Assembly (NCBI RefSeq): GCF_017348835.2 | Contig: NZ_CP071375.1 | Length of the DNA: 64,000 bases | Direction: 5' to 3' (one strand) | Source of the DNA: Escherichia coli | GTDB taxonomy: Bacteria; Pseudomonadota; Gammaproteobacteria; Enterobacterales; Enterobacteriaceae | Shown here: piece after piece, positions 34,639-47,932 of the stretch | How positions within the stretch are numbered: position 1 is the first letter of the stretch | Layout: each line of letters opens with the position of its first letter | The notes under the pieces: generated by a model | What the model saw: the letters and a program-made list of their open reading frames with translations, nothing else | Databases searched by the model: none | What the model was told of the DNA's origin: nothing | Made by a program: the position numbers and the translations under genes

Positions 34639-35043
34639 TTAGATCAGGAAATCGTCGAGAGATTTACCTTCTGCCAGCGCCTGAGCAATTGGCTTCGGTG
34701 TACGGCCCTGACCGGTCCAGGTTTTAGTTTCACCGTTAACATCGGTGAATTTATATTTCGCCGGACGCGGCTGGCGTTTTTTACCAGCGCGTGGTGCAGC
34801 AGCAGAGCTATTACCCAATAACTCTTCCGGGTTAATTCCGTCAGCTTTCATCAGCTCCAGCCAGGTGCTAATTTTTTCCTGGCGCTCTGCCAGTTCACGC
34901 TGCTGCTGTTCTTCTTCTTCACGTCTTTCTTTAGTGACAACCCTGAATTTTTCGAGCATTTCTTCAAGAACGTCAATGGAGAATTCGCGAGCCATCGCAC
35001 GGAGGGTGCGAATGTTATTTAAACTTTGTAACATTACGGACAT
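34639..35043 (-). CDS. stpA: H-NS paralogue StpA
   Basis: 134 aa, [45 protein letters not shown]... Confidence 0.96.
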   Translation of the reverse strand: MSVMLQSLNNIRTLRAMAREFSIDVLEEMLEKFRVVTKERREEEEQQQRELAERQEKISTWLELMKADGINPEELLGNSSAAAPRAGKKRQPRPAKYKFTDVNGETKTWTGQGRTPKPIAQALAEGKSLDDFLI

Positions 35044-35710
35044 AATAAAGAAAACCTTTTAACGCCAAAACAAAAAAGTATTTCGTCGCGTAGTGTAAGC
35101 GATCACTTATTATATTTCCACAAAATTTAATCTATTTACAGTCCTGCGCGAGATTATTTCAGCTGTTATTTTCTGAAACTCTCAGAATAATTTCAAGATT
35201 ATATATTAGCCATTTTGATGAGTAATTTAGGTTATTGGTGAACAGAGTGGCGCTCTCTGCTCGCTCATTCCGCAAGCCTGACAAAACCGAAGTGAATAAA
35301 AATGCAATATAACAGAATAAAAGAAAATACCCCTCACTGGTGCTTTCTGCTGTTAATGTACATTTTCTGGCATAAAAAATGCTGTAAATGACCCGGTCAC
35401 GACATACACCGAATTCTCTACGCTTATAGCGTTACCTCCCCCCCAAACTTTCATTAGTGAAATTAAAGGCAATGTCATATCTAATTGATTTAATTGAAAA
35501 TAAATCATATCGGCATGTAAAAATCCACAATGTACAAAAAACGAGCCGTTACGGAATATTTTATCTACAAAAACTGACTAAATAAAAATTTTTCACTAAT
35601 TGATTAGTCATAGCCAGCGATATACGCTATGCGAAAATGCAGATGGCAATGAGATCCACTGCTTTCATCTCCATTAACATCCCATTACGCTTTTATTAAG
35701 GAGCATTAGC

Positions 35711-36159
35711 ATGTTCTCACCGCAGTCACGCTTGCGTCATGCAGTTGCAGATACGTTCGCGATGGTTGTTTACTGTTCTGTCGTGAACATGTGTATTGAA
35801 GTTTTCCTCTCCGGAATGAGCTTCGAACAGTCTTTTTATTCCAGATTGGTAGCGATTCCGGTGAACATCTTAATTGCATGGCCATACGGTATGTACCGCG
35901 ATCTGTTTATGCGGCGGCACGCAAAGTTAGCCCGTCGGGCTGGATAAAAAATCTGGCGGATATCCTGGCTTATGTGACGTTCCAGTCACCGGTGTATGTG
36001 GCGATCTTGTTAGTGGTGGGCGCAGACTGGCATCAGATTATGGCGGCGGTCAGTTCAAACATCGTTGTTTCGATGTTGATGGGGGCGGTTTATGGCTACT
36101 TCCTCGATTATTGCCGCCGACTGTTTAAAGTCAGCCGTTACCAGCAGGTAAAAGCCTGA
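35711..36159 (+). pseudogene. alaE: L-alanine exporter AlaE (YgaW) with an apparent 1-bp deletion frameshift
   Basis: Two overlapping ORFs (35711-35947 and 35878-36159) in different frames together reconstitute a 149-aa AlaE-like protein; the frame breaks in the run ATGCGGCGGCACGC about 35911-35920. Confidence 0.75.
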
Positions 36160-36195
36160 CTCTTCTTTTCGCGACTGGCATCGCCAGTCGCGTCT

Positions 36196-36540
36196 TTAAC
36201 TGGCTTCGCCAAATAAACCATTCAAATAACGTTCAAGCGCAACACGCGAACTAAAGCCATGCGGGATACCGTAATGCTCGTGTCGCTCGCCTGCTAAATA
36301 GAGCGGAAATTGTTGATAATGATCGCAAGTTTTAATATCGGAAGCGGGTTCAGCCAGTGGCGAACTACGTTCTTTTAATGTTGGATGAATTACCAGTGCG
36401 GTACGTCCCATTCGCGCTTCGCGATTAACATAGACATAATTTTCCCCACGGCGGTAACCATACGCTTTCTGGGTTACCACATCGACAGTAAAACCGACTT
36501 TTTCAAGTACGCGCGCCACCTCGTCTGGTCGTAAATACAT
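36196..36540 (-). CDS. ygaC: Conserved protein YgaC (DUF2002)
   Basis: 114-aa ORF; synteny between alaE and ygaM. Confidence 0.85.
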   Translation of the reverse strand: MYLRPDEVARVLEKVGFTVDVVTQKAYGYRRGENYVYVNREARMGRTALVIHPTLKERSSPLAEPASDIKTCDHYQQFPLYLAGERHEHYGIPHGFSSRVALERYLNGLFGEAS

Positions 36541-36691
36541 ATTTGATCCTCGTTATTATCAACCGCGGGCCTACCTTACCTGATTGCGCATTAACAACGC
36601 TTTCAGAAAAGTCCATAAAGCCGCGATGAACCTCAGTTAAGAAAATTATGGTCTACACTGAAAATTACATCGAATTCTAATGGGGGATCAT

Positions 36692-37021
36692 ATGTTTAAC
36701 CGACCGAACCGCAACGACGTTGATGATGGCGTGCAGGATATCCAGAATGATGTCAATCAATTAGCTGACAGCCTCGAATCTGTATTGAAGTCCTGGGGCA
36801 GCGACGCCAAAGGGGAAGCTGAAGCCGCACGCAGTAAAGCTCAGGCATTGCTGAAAGAAACCAGGGCGCGAATGCATGGTCGTACTCGCGTCCAGCAAGC
36901 CGCACGCGATGCCGTTGGCTGCGCGGATTCTTTTGTTCGTGAAAGACCCTGGTGTAGCGTGGGTACAGCAGCTGCGGTAGGTATTTTTATCGGCGCACTG
37001 TTAAGCATGCGCAAATCGTAG
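36692..37021 (+). CDS. ygaM: Ribosome-associated, membrane-anchored protein YgaM (ElaB/YqjD family)
   Basis: Start at MFNRPNRNDVDDGVQDIQNDV (109 aa); C-terminal TM anchor. Confidence 0.88.
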   Translation: MFNRPNRNDVDDGVQDIQNDVNQLADSLESVLKSWGSDAKGEAEAARSKAQALLKETRARMHGRTRVQQAARDAVGCADSFVRERPWCSVGTAAAVGIFIGALLSMRKS

Positions 37022-37052
37022 TGCAAAAATGATAATAAATACGCGTCTTTGA

Positions 37053-37081
37053 CCCCGAAGCCTGGCTTCGGGGTTTCTTTT
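37053..37081 (+). terminator. Intrinsic terminator after ygaM
   Basis: CCCCGAAGCC-TG-GCTTCGGGG stem followed by TTTCTTTTT. Confidence 0.7.
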
Positions 37082-37140
37082 TACCTGGTGAATCACAAAA
37101 ATCCCCCTACCCCGTCACGCTCATATCCAGGGTAATTTCG

Positions 37141-37268
37141 ACCACTATTTGCTATATATTGTGTGGTTGAATCTTTTTTCAACTACATCTAGTATCTCTG
37201 TATCAACAGAGAGACAACCCGACGCGTATCATCGCGCCGTATCTTCATTTTAAACGGAAATACGAATC
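37141..37268 (+). promoter_or_regulatory. nrdHIEF promoter region with probable NrdR/Fur operator sequences
   Basis: AT-rich partial palindrome ACCACTATTTGCTATATATTGTGTGGT resembling an NrdR box upstream of nrdH; sites not individually verified. Confidence 0.35.
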
Positions 37269-37514
37269 ATGCGCATTACTATTTACACTCGTAACGATTG
37301 CGTTCAGTGCCACGCCACCAAACGGGCGATGGAAAACCGGGGCTTTGATTTTGAAATGATTAATGTCGATCGCGTTCCTGAAGCGGCAGAAGCGTTGCGT
37401 GCTCAGGGCTTTCGTCAGTTGCCGGTAGTGATTGCTGGCGATCTTAGCTGGTCTGGTTTCCGTCCGGACATGATTAACCGTCTGCATCCAGCGCCACACG
37501 CGGCCAGTGCATGA
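37269..37514 (+). CDS. nrdH: Glutaredoxin-like protein NrdH
   Basis: 81 aa, redox motif CVQC ([21 protein letters not shown]). Confidence 0.96.
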
Positions 37515-37921
37515 GCCAGCTCGTCTACTTCTCCAGCAGCTCCGAAAACACGCAGCGTTTTATCGAACGTTTAGGTCTGCCCGCGGTGCGCATCCCGCTC
37601 AATGAGCGGGAACGGATTCAGGTAGACGAGCCTTACATCCTGATCGTGCCCTCTTACGGCGGCGGCGGTACGGCTGGCGCGGTGCCACGACAGGTAATTC
37701 GCTTTTTAAACGACGAGCACAACCGGGCGTTGCTTCGCGGCGTTATTGCTTCTGGTAATCGCAACTTTGGTGAGGCGTATGGCCGCGCCGGAGATGTGAT
37801 TGCCCGGAAATGCGGCGTGCCGTGGCTGTACCGTTTTGAACTCATGGGTACGCAAAGCGATATCGAAAACGTTCGTAAAGGAGTAACCGAATTTTGGCAA
37901 CGACAACCGCAGAATGCCTGA
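37511..37921 (+). CDS. nrdI: Flavodoxin-like protein NrdI
   Basis: 136 aa, [23 protein letters not shown]...; overlaps nrdH stop and nrdE start. Confidence 0.96.
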
Positions 37922-40038
37922 CGCAGGAAACGATGGATTACCACGCGCTGAATGCGATGCTTAACCTCTACGATAGCGCAGGTCGCATTCAGTTCGATAA
38001 AGACCGCCAGGCCGTTGACGCCTTTATTGCGACGCATGTGCGTCCGAACAGTGTGACCTTCAGTAGCCAGCAGCAGCGCCTGAACTGGCTGGTCAACGAA
38101 GGTTACTATGATAAAAGCGTTCTTAATCGCTACTCTCGCGACTTTGTCATTACGCTGTTTGCCCACGCACACACCAGCGGTTTTCGTTTCCAGACATTCC
38201 TCGGGGCATGGAAGTTTTACACCAGCTATACGCTGAAAACATTCGACGGTAAGCGTTATCTGGAAGATTTTGCTGATCGAGTCACGATGGTGGCGCTGAC
38301 GCTGGCACAAGGCGATGAAACACTGGCGACGCAGCTCACTGATGAGATGCTGTCAGGACGCTTTCAGCCAGCCACGCCGACATTCCTCAACTGCGGTAAG
38401 CAGCAGCGCGGCGAACTGGTTTCCTGTTTTCTGCTGCGTATTGAAGACAATATGGAGTCGATTGGCCGGGCGGTAAATTCCGCACTGCAGCTGTCGAAAC
38501 GCGGCGGCGGCGTGGCATTTTTGCTGTCGAATCTGCGGGAAGCGGGCGCGCCAATTAAACGTATTGAAAATCAATCTTCTGGCGTAATTCCGGTGATGAA
38601 AATGCTGGAAGACGCATTTTCCTATGCCAACCAACTCGGCGCGCGTCAGGGGGCAGGTGCAGTCTATTTACATGCTCATCATCCCGATATTCTGCGTTTT
38701 CTCGATACAAAACGGGAAAATGCCGACGAAAAAATCCGCATTAAAACACTGTCGCTGGGCGTGGTGATCCCGGATATCACTTTCCATCTGGCAAAAGAGA
38801 ATGCGCAGATGGCGCTGTTTTCGCCCTATGACGTTGAGCGAGTTTATGGCAAGCCGTTTGCCGATATCGCCATTAGCGAACACTATGACGAACTGGTTGC
38901 CGATGAACGCATCCGCAAAAAATACCTCAACGCCCGTGATTTCTTCCAGCGACTGGCAGAAATCCAGTTTGAGTCCGGCTATCCCTACATCATGTATGAA
39001 GACACGGTAAACCGTGCTAACCCTATCGCCGGGCGCATAAATATGAGTAATCTCTGCTCAGAAATTTTGCAGGTTAACAGCGCCTCAGAGTATGACGAGA
39101 ATCTCGACTATGCCCGCACAGGCCATGATATTTCCTGCAATTTAGGTTCGTTGAATATTGCGCACACCATGGATTCCCCCGATTTTGCCCGCACGGTAGA
39201 GACTGCCGTGCGCGGTTTAACGGCAGTATCAGATATGAGTCATATCCGCAGCGTGCCGTCCATCGAAGCCGGAAATGCCGCCTCGCATGCCATCGGACTA
39301 GGGCAGATGAATTTACACGGCTATCTGGCGCGAGAAGGCATCGCTTATGGTTCGCCGGAAGCACTGGATTTCACCAATCTCTATTTCTATGCCATCACCT
39401 GGCACGCACTGCGTACCTCGATGTTGCTGGCACGCGAACGCGGTGAAACCTTCGCCGGGTTCAAACAGTCACGCTATGCCAGTGGTGAATATTTTAGCCA
39501 ATATCTGCAAGGGAACTGGCAGCCGAAAACGGCGAAAGTTGGCGAACTGTTTGCCCGTAGCGGTATTACGTTACCTACCCGTGAGATGTGGGCGCAACTG
39601 CGCGACGACGTGATGCGCTACGGCATTTACAACCAGAATCTTCAGGCGGTGCCGCCAACCGGTTCTATCTCTTATATCAACCATGCTACGTCGAGTATTC
39701 ATCCGATTGTGGCGAAAGTAGAGATACGCAAAGAGGGCAAAACAGGACGCGTTTACTACCCTGCCCCGTTTATGACTAACGAGAATCTGGCGCTGTATCA
39801 GGATGCTTACGAAATCGGCGCAGAAAAGATCATCGACACCTACGCGGAAGCGACTCGCCATGTCGATCAGGGTTTGTCGCTGACGCTGTTTTTCCCCGAT
39901 ACCGCCACCACTCGCGATATCAACAAAGCGCAGATTTACGCCTGGCGCAAGGGTATCAAAACGCTCTATTACATTCGCCTGCGTCAGATGGCGCTGGAAG
40001 GCACTGAAATTGAAGGCTGCGTCTCCTGTGCACTTTAA
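37894..40038 (+). CDS. nrdE: Class Ib ribonucleotide reductase alpha subunit NrdE
   Basis: 714 aa; RNR large-subunit active-site region (NLCSEI) and C-terminal redox cysteines (CVSC). Confidence 0.97.
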
Positions 40039-41007
<969 letters not shown>

Positions 41008-41266
41008 GTGGGTTATTTTCAAAAATATCACTACCCGCTGCAGGGAAATAATTCCCTCCAAATAGCTTTATATCACGCAAATAATTTGTGGTGATCTACA
41101 CTGATACTCTGTTGCATTATTCGCCTGAAACCACAATATTCAGGCGTTTTTTTGCTATCTTTGACAAAAAATATCAACTTTTCTCGATTTGCTCTCAGCC
41201 CTTATATCATGGGAAATTCCGGCGATTTGCTCACATCAATATTCATGCCACATTTGCCCTCAGGGG

Positions 41267-41294
41267 TTGCCTCAGATTCTCAGTATGTTAGGGT
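41267..41294 (+). promoter_or_regulatory. proU osmoresponsive sigma70 promoter (P2-like): -35 TTGCCT, -10 TAGGGT
   Basis: TTGCCT at 41267-41272 and TAGGGT at 41289-41294 with 16-bp spacer, about 70 bp upstream of proV. Confidence 0.55.
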
Positions 41295-41362
41295 AGAAAA
41301 AAGTGACTATTTCCATTGGGTAATGTATCGACATAAACAAATAACAGGAATCTTTCTATTGC

Positions 41363-42565
41363 ATGGCAATTAAATTAGAAATTAAAAATCTTTATAAAAT
41401 ATTTGGTGAGCATCCACAGCGAGCTTTCAAATATATCGAACAAGGACTTTCAAAAGAACAAATTCTGGAAAAAACTGGGCTATCGCTTGGCGTAAAAGAC
41501 GCCAGTCTGGCCATTGAAGAAGGCGAGATATTTGTCATCATGGGATTATCCGGTTCGGGTAAATCCACAATGGTACGCCTTCTCAATCGCCTGATTGAAC
41601 CCACCCGCGGGCAAGTGCTGATTGATGGTGTGGATATTGCCAAAATATCCGACGCCGAACTCCGTGAGGTGCGCAGAAAAAAGATTGCGATGGTCTTCCA
41701 GTCCTTTGCCTTAATGCCGCATATGACCGTGCTGGACAATACTGCGTTCGGTATGGAACTGGCCGGAATTAATGCCGAAGAACGCCGGGAAAAAGCCATT
41801 GATGCACTGCGTCAGGTCGGGCTGGAAAATTATGCCCACAGCTACCCGGATGAACTCTCTGGCGGGATGCGTCAACGTGTGGGATTAGCCCGCGCGTTAG
41901 CGATTAATCCGGATATTTTATTAATGGATGAAGCCTTCTCGGCGCTCGATCCATTAATTCGCACCGAGATGCAGGATGAGCTGGTAAAATTACAGGCGAA
42001 ACATCAGCGCACCATTGTCTTTATTTCCCACGATCTCGATGAAGCTATGCGTATTGGCGACCGAATTGCCATTATGCAAAATGGTGAAGTGGTACAGGTC
42101 GGCACACCGGATGAAATTCTCAATAATCCGGCGAATGATTATGTCCGTACCTTCTTCCGTGGCGTTGATATTAGTCAGGTATTCAGTGCGAAAGATATTG
42201 CCCGCCGGACACCGAATGGCTTAATTCGTAAAACCCCTGGCTTCGGCCCACGTTCGGCGCTGAAATTATTGCAGGATGAAGATCGCGAATATGGCTACGT
42301 TATCGAACGCGGTAATAAGTTTGTCGGCGCAGTGTCTATCGATTCGCTTAAAGCCGCGTTAACGCAGCAGCAAGGTCTTGATGCGGCGCTGATTGATGCG
42401 CCGTTAGCAGTCGATGCACAAACGCCTCTTAGCGAGTTGCTCTCTCATGTCGGACAGGCACCCTGTGCGGTGCCCGTGGTCGACGAGGACCAACAGTATG
42501 TCGGCATCATTTCGAAAGGAATGCTGCTGCGCGCTTTAGATCGTGAGGGGGTAAATAATGGCTGA
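41363..42565 (+). CDS. proV: Glycine betaine/proline ABC transporter ATPase ProV (tandem CBS domains)
   Basis: 400 aa; Walker [10 protein letters not shown], signature LSGGMRQR, Walker B ILLMDE. Confidence 0.97.
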   Translation: MAIKLEIKNLYKIFGEHPQRAFKYIEQGLSKEQILEKTGLSLGVKDASLAIEEGEIFVIMGLSGSGKSTMVRLLNRLIEPTRGQVLIDGVDIAKISDAELREVRRKKIAMVFQSFALMPHMTVLDNTAFGMELAGINAEERREKAIDALRQVGLENYAHSYPDELSGGMRQRVGLARALAINPDILLMDEAFSALDPLIRTEMQDELVKLQAKHQRTIVFISHDLDEAMRIGDRIAIMQNGEVVQVGTPDEILNNPANDYVRTFFRGVDISQVFSAKDIARRTPNGLIRKTPGFGPRSALKLLQDEDREYGYVIERGNKFVGAVSIDSLKAALTQQQGLDAALIDAPLAVDAQTPLSELLSHVGQAPCAVPVVDEDQQYVGIISKGMLLRALDREGVNNG

Positions 42566-43622
42566 TCAAAATAATCCGTGGGATACCACGCCAGCGGCGG
42601 ACAGTGCCGCACAATCCGCAGACGCCTGGGGTACACCGGCTGCTGCACCGACTGACGGCGGTGGTGCTGACTGGCTGACCAGTACGCCTGCGCCAAACGT
42701 CGAGCATTTTAATATTCTCGATCCGTTCCATAAAACGCTGATACCGCTCGACAGTTGGGTCACTGAAGGGATCGACTGGGTCGTTACCCATTTCCGTCCC
42801 GTCTTCCAGGGTGTGCGCGTTCCGGTTGATTATATCCTCAACGGTTTCCAGCAATTGCTGCTGGGTATGCCCGCACCGGTGGCGATTATCGTTTTCGCTC
42901 TCATCGCCTGGCAGATTTCCGGGGTCGGAATGGGCGTGGCGACGCTGGTTTCGCTGATTGCCATCGGCGCAATCGGTGCCTGGTCGCAGGCAATGGTGAC
43001 TCTGGCGCTGGTGTTAACCGCCCTGCTGTTCTGTATCGTCATCGGTTTGCCGTTGGGGATCTGGCTGGCGAGAAGTCCGCGAGCGGCGAAAATTATTCGT
43101 CCACTGCTTGATGCCATGCAGACCACGCCAGCGTTTGTTTATCTGGTGCCAATCGTCATGCTATTTGGTATCGGTAACGTGCCGGGCGTGGTGGTGACGA
43201 TCATCTTTGCTCTGCCGCCGATTATCCGTCTGACCATTCTGGGGATTAACCAGGTTCCGGCGGATCTGATTGAAGCCTCGCGCTCATTCGGTGCCAGCCC
43301 GCGCCAGATGCTGTTCAAAGTTCAGTTACCGCTGGCGATGCCGACCATTATGGCGGGCGTTAACCAGACGCTGATGCTGGCCCTTTCTATGGTGGTCATC
43401 GCCTCGATGATTGCCGTCGGCGGGCTGGGTCAGATGGTACTTCGCGGTATCGGTCGTCTGGATATGGGGCTTGCCACCGTTGGCGGCGTCGGGATTGTGA
43501 TCCTCGCCATTATCCTCGATCGCCTGACGCAGGCCGTTGGGCGCGACTCACGCAGTCGCGGCAACCGTCGCTGGTACACCACTGGCCCTGTCGGTCTGCT
43601 GACCCGCCCATTCATTAAGTAA
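42558..43622 (+). CDS. proW: Glycine betaine/proline ABC transporter permease ProW
   Basis: 354 aa; long N-terminal extension then ABC permease TM core; overlaps proV stop. Confidence 0.97.
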
Positions 43623-43678
43623 CTCTGCACTTGCCCGGTGACGCCGGGCATATCACCCTGCCAAAAAAAGGAATAACA

Positions 43679-44671
43679 ATGCGACATAGCGTACTTTTTG
43701 CGACAGCGTTTGCCACGCTTATCTCTACACAAACTTTTGCTGCCGATCTGCCGGGCAAAGGCATTACTGTTAATCCAGTTCAAAGCACCATCACCGAAGA
43801 AACCTTCCAGACACTGCTGGTCAGTCGTGCGCTGGAGAAATTAGGTTATACCGTCAATAAACCCAGCGAAGTGGATTACAACGTTGGCTACACCTCGCTT
43901 GCTTCCGGCGATGCAACCTTCACCGCCGTGAACTGGACGCCACTGCATGACAACATGTACGAAGCTGCCGGTGGCGATAAGAAATTTTATCGTGAAGGGG
44001 TATTTGTTAACGGCGCGGCACAGGGTTACCTGATCGATAAGAAAACCGCCGACCAGTACAAAATCACCAACATCGCACAACTAAAAGATCCGAAGATCGC
44101 CAAACTGTTCGATACCAACGGCGACGGTAAAGCGGATTTGACTGGCTGTAACCCTGGCTGGGGCTGCGAAGGTGCGATCAACCACCAGCTTGCCGCGTAT
44201 GAACTGACCAATACCGTGACGCATAATCAGGGGAACTACGCGGCGATGATGGCTGACACCATCAGTCGCTACAAAGAGGGCAAACCGGTGTTTTACTACA
44301 CCTGGACGCCGTACTGGGTGAGTAATGAGCTGAAGCCAGGGAAAGATGTGGTCTGGTTGCAGGTGCCGTTCTCTGCACTGCCGGGCGATAAAAATGCCGA
44401 TACCAAACTGCCGAATGGCGCGAATTACGGCTTCCCGGTCAGCACCATGCATATCGTTGCCAATAAAGCCTGGGCCGAGAAAAACCCGGCAGCAGCGAAA
44501 CTGTTTGCCATTATGCAGTTGCCAGTGGCAGATATTAACGCCCAGAACGCCATTATGCATGACGGCAAAGCCTCAGAAGGCGATATTCAGGGCCATGTTG
44601 ATGGCTGGATCAAAGCCCACCAGCAGCAGTTCGATGGCTGGGTGAATGAGGCGTTGGCAGCGCAGAAGTAA
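43679..44671 (+). CDS. proX: Glycine betaine-binding periplasmic protein ProX
   Basis: Start at [21 protein letters not shown] (signal peptide; 330 aa) inside ORF 43631-44671. Confidence 0.95.
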
Positions 44672-44677
44672 TTTTTA

Positions 44678-44755
<78 letters not shown>

Positions 44756-44862
44756 GCCTACAAACCACACCGCACATTTCAACAATCTATCTTTCATCCC
44801 ATATTCATCAACATCCGCTATTATTGATTTCCAGCTTAATCATCACCTGATGAACAAAAATA

Positions 44863-46047
44863 ATGACCAAACCTAATCATGAGCTTAGCCCGGCGCTAAT
44901 CGTGCTGATGTCTATCGCCACCGGTCTGGCGGTCGCCAGCAACTATTACGCCCAGCTATTGCTCGACACCATCGCGCGTAACTTTTCCCTTTCCGCCAGT
45001 TCGGCAGGCTTTATTGTTACCGCCGCGCAGTTGGGCTATGCCGCCGGTCTGCTGTTTCTTGTTCCCCTCGGTGATATGTTTGAACGCCGCCGCCTGATTG
45101 TCTCGATGACCTTACTGGCGGCATGCGGCATGTTGATTACCGCCAGCAGTCAGTCGCTGGCGATGATGATCCTCGGTACGGCATTAACCGGTTTATTCTC
45201 AGTCGTGGCACAAATTCTGGTTCCACTGGCAGCGACGCTGGCTTCACCGGACAAACGCGGCAAAGTGGTTGGCACCATTATGAGCGGTCTGCTGTTGGGG
45301 ATCTTGCTGGCACGAACCGTTGCCGGGTTACTGGCAAACCTCGGCGGCTGGCGCACCGTCTTTTGGGTTGCCTCGGTGTTAATGGCACTGATGGCGCTGG
45401 CATTATGGCGTGGTCTGCCACAAATGAAATCAGAAACCCACCTCAATTACCCACAGTTGTTGGGTTCCGTTTTCAGTATGTTTATCAGCAATAAGATCCT
45501 GCGCACCCGCGCGTTGCTGGGCTGCCTGACCTTTGCCAACTTCAGCATTCTCTGGACCTCAATGGCCTTTTTGCTTGCCGCTCCACCTTTTAACTACAGC
45601 GATGGTGTCATTGGTCTGTTTGGACTTGCGGGAGCTGCCGGAGCGTTGGGCGCTCGTCCAGCGGGCGGTTTTGCCGACAAGGGCAAATCGCACCACACAA
45701 CAACTTTCGGTCTGCTTCTGCTGTTACTTTCATGGCTGGCAATCTGGTTTGGTCACACTTCCGTACTGGCGTTGATTATCGGCATTCTGGTGCTGGACCT
45801 CACCGTACAGGGCGTGCATATCACTAACCAGACGGTAATTTATCGAATACATCCTGATGCGCGTAATCGCCTGACCGCAGGTTACATGACCAGCTACTTT
45901 ATTGGCGGTGCCGCCGGTTCGCTAATTTCAGCCTCAGCCTGGCAACATGGCGGTTGGGCTGGCGTTTGTCTGGCTGGCGCGACGATTGCCCTGGTTAACT
46001 TACTGGTCTGGTGGCGAGGTTTTCATCGTCAGGAAGCCGCAAATTAA
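44863..46047 (+). CDS. ygaY: MFS transporter YgaY (intact 394-aa reading frame)
   Basis: 12-TM MFS-like hydrophobic profile; position between proX and ygaZ. Confidence 0.8.
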   Translation: MTKPNHELSPALIVLMSIATGLAVASNYYAQLLLDTIARNFSLSASSAGFIVTAAQLGYAAGLLFLVPLGDMFERRRLIVSMTLLAACGMLITASSQSLAMMILGTALTGLFSVVAQILVPLAATLASPDKRGKVVGTIMSGLLLGILLARTVAGLLANLGGWRTVFWVASVLMALMALALWRGLPQMKSETHLNYPQLLGSVFSMFISNKILRTRALLGCLTFANFSILWTSMAFLLAAPPFNYSDGVIGLFGLAGAAGALGARPAGGFADKGKSHHTTTFGLLLLLLSWLAIWFGHTSVLALIIGILVLDLTVQGVHITNQTVIYRIHPDARNRLTAGYMTSYFIGGAAGSLISASAWQHGGWAGVCLAGATIALVNLLVWWRGFHRQEAAN

Positions 46048-46170
46048 GCAATCAGCAACCGTTTTCGTGGCTTTACACTTATAAGGGTGTTAAGAAGCCC
46101 ATCAGTCTGATAAGGTTAAGATATTCATTCAGTCTATTTATAATATTAACAATCGTTAAGCGTACACTCT

Positions 46171-46908
46171 ATGGAAAGCCCTACTCCACAGCCTGCTCCT
46201 GGTTCGGCGACCTTCATGGAAGGATGCAAAGACAGTTTACCGATTGTTATTAGTTATATTCCGGTGGCCTTTGCGTTCGGTCTGAATGCGACCCGTCTGG
46301 GATTCTCTCCTCTCGAAAGCGTTTTTTTCTCCTGCATCATTTATGCAGGCGCGAGCCAGTTCGTCATTACCGCGATGCTGGCAGCCGGGAGTAGTTTGTG
46401 GGTTGCTGCACTGACCGTCATGGCAATGGATGTTCGCCATGTGTTGTATGGCCCGTCACTGCGTAGCCGTATTATTCAGCGTCTGCAAAAATCGAAAACC
46501 GCCCTGTGGGCGTTTGGCCTGACGGATGAGGTTTTTGCCGCCGCAACCGCAAAACTGGTACGCAATAATCGCCGCTGGAGCGAGAACTGGATGATCGGCA
46601 TTGCCTTCAGTTCATGGTCATCGTGGGTATTTGGTACGGTAATAGGGGCATTCTCCGGCAGCGGCTTGCTGCAAGGTTATCCCGCCGTTGAAGCAGCATT
46701 AGGTTTTATGCTTCCGGCACTCTTTATGAGTTTCCTGCTCGCCTCTTTCCAGCGCAAACAATCTCTTTGCGTTACCGCAGCGTTAGTTGGTGCCCTTGCA
46801 GGCGTAACGCTATTTTCTATTCCCGTCGCCATTCTGGCAGGCATTGTCTGTGGCTGCCTCACTGCGTTAATCCAGGCATTCTGGCAAGGAGCGCCCGATG
46901 AGCTATGA
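46171..46908 (+). CDS. ygaZ: L-valine exporter subunit YgaZ (AzlC family)
   Basis: 245 aa polytopic membrane protein; 11-bp overlap with ygaH. Confidence 0.88.
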   Translation: MESPTPQPAPGSATFMEGCKDSLPIVISYIPVAFAFGLNATRLGFSPLESVFFSCIIYAGASQFVITAMLAAGSSLWVAALTVMAMDVRHVLYGPSLRSRIIQRLQKSKTALWAFGLTDEVFAAATAKLVRNNRRWSENWMIGIAFSSWSSWVFGTVIGAFSGSGLLQGYPAVEAALGFMLPALFMSFLLASFQRKQSLCVTAALVGALAGVTLFSIPVAILAGIVCGCLTALIQAFWQGAPDEL

Positions 46909-47233
46909 GGTTCTGCTGCTTGGGTTACTGGTTGGCGCGGCGAATTATTGCTTCCGCTATTTGCCGCTGCGCCTGCGTGTGGGTAATGCCCGCCCAACCA
47001 AACGTGGCGCGGTAGGTATTTTGCTCGACACCATTGGCATCGCCTCGATATGCGCTCTGCTGGTTGTCTCTACCGCACCAGAAGTGATGCACGATACACG
47101 CCGTTTCGTGCCCACGCTGGTCGGCTTCGCGGTACTGGGTGCCAGTTTCTATAAAACACGCAGCATTATCATCCCAACACTGCTTAGTGCGCTGGCCTAT
47201 GGGCTCGCCTGGAAAGTGATGGCGATTATATAA
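46898..47233 (+). CDS. ygaH: L-valine exporter subunit YgaH (AzlD family)
   Basis: 111-aa small membrane protein translationally coupled to ygaZ. Confidence 0.88.
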   Translation: MSYEVLLLGLLVGAANYCFRYLPLRLRVGNARPTKRGAVGILLDTIGIASICALLVVSTAPEVMHDTRRFVPTLVGFAVLGASFYKTRSIIIPTLLSALAYGLAWKVMAII

Positions 47234-47323
47234 CCCACAAGAATCATTTTTCTAAAACAATACATTTACTTTATTTGTCACTGTCGTTACTATATCGGCT
47301 GAAATTAATGAGGTCATACCCAA

Positions 47324-47854
47324 ATGGATAGTTCGTTTACGCCCATTGAACAAATGCTAAAATTTCGCGCCAGCCGCCACGAAGATTTTCCTTATCAGGA
47401 GATCCTTCTGACTCGTCTTTGCATGCATATGCAAAGCAAGCTGCTGGAGAACCGCAATAAAATGCTGAAGGCTCAGGGGATTAACGAGACGTTGTTTATG
47501 GCGTTGATTACGCTGGAGTCTCAGGAAAACCACAGTATTCAGCCTTCTGAATTGAGTTGTGCTCTTGGATCATCCCGTACCAACGCGACGCGTATTGCCG
47601 ATGAACTGGAAAAACGCGGTTGGATCGAACGTCGTGAAAGCGATAACGATCGCCGCTGCCTGCATCTGCAATTAACGGAAAAAGGTCACGAGTTTTTGCG
47701 CGAGGTTTTACCGCCGCAGCATAACTGCCTGCATCAACTCTGGTCCGCGCTCAGCACAACAGAAAAAGATCAGCTCGAGCAAATCACCCGCAAATTGCTC
47801 TCCCGTCTCGACCAGATGGAACAAGACGGTGTGGTTCTCGAAGCGATGAGCTAA
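47324..47854 (+). CDS. mprA: MarR-family repressor MprA (EmrR)
   Basis: 176 aa; wHTH region; directly upstream of emrAB. Confidence 0.95.
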
Positions 47855-47900
47855 CGCGTCATCTCGCTCAAAAATCCAGATTTATAAAAGAAAAAATGAC

Positions 47901-47932
47901 CGGCCAGCATCGCAACATGCTGGCCTTTTTGG
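47901..47932 (+). terminator. Strong intrinsic hairpin between mprA and emrA (possible attenuator/partial terminator)
   Basis: GGCCAGCAT-CGCAAC-ATGCTGGCC (9-bp stem) followed by TTTTTGG. Confidence 0.5.
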
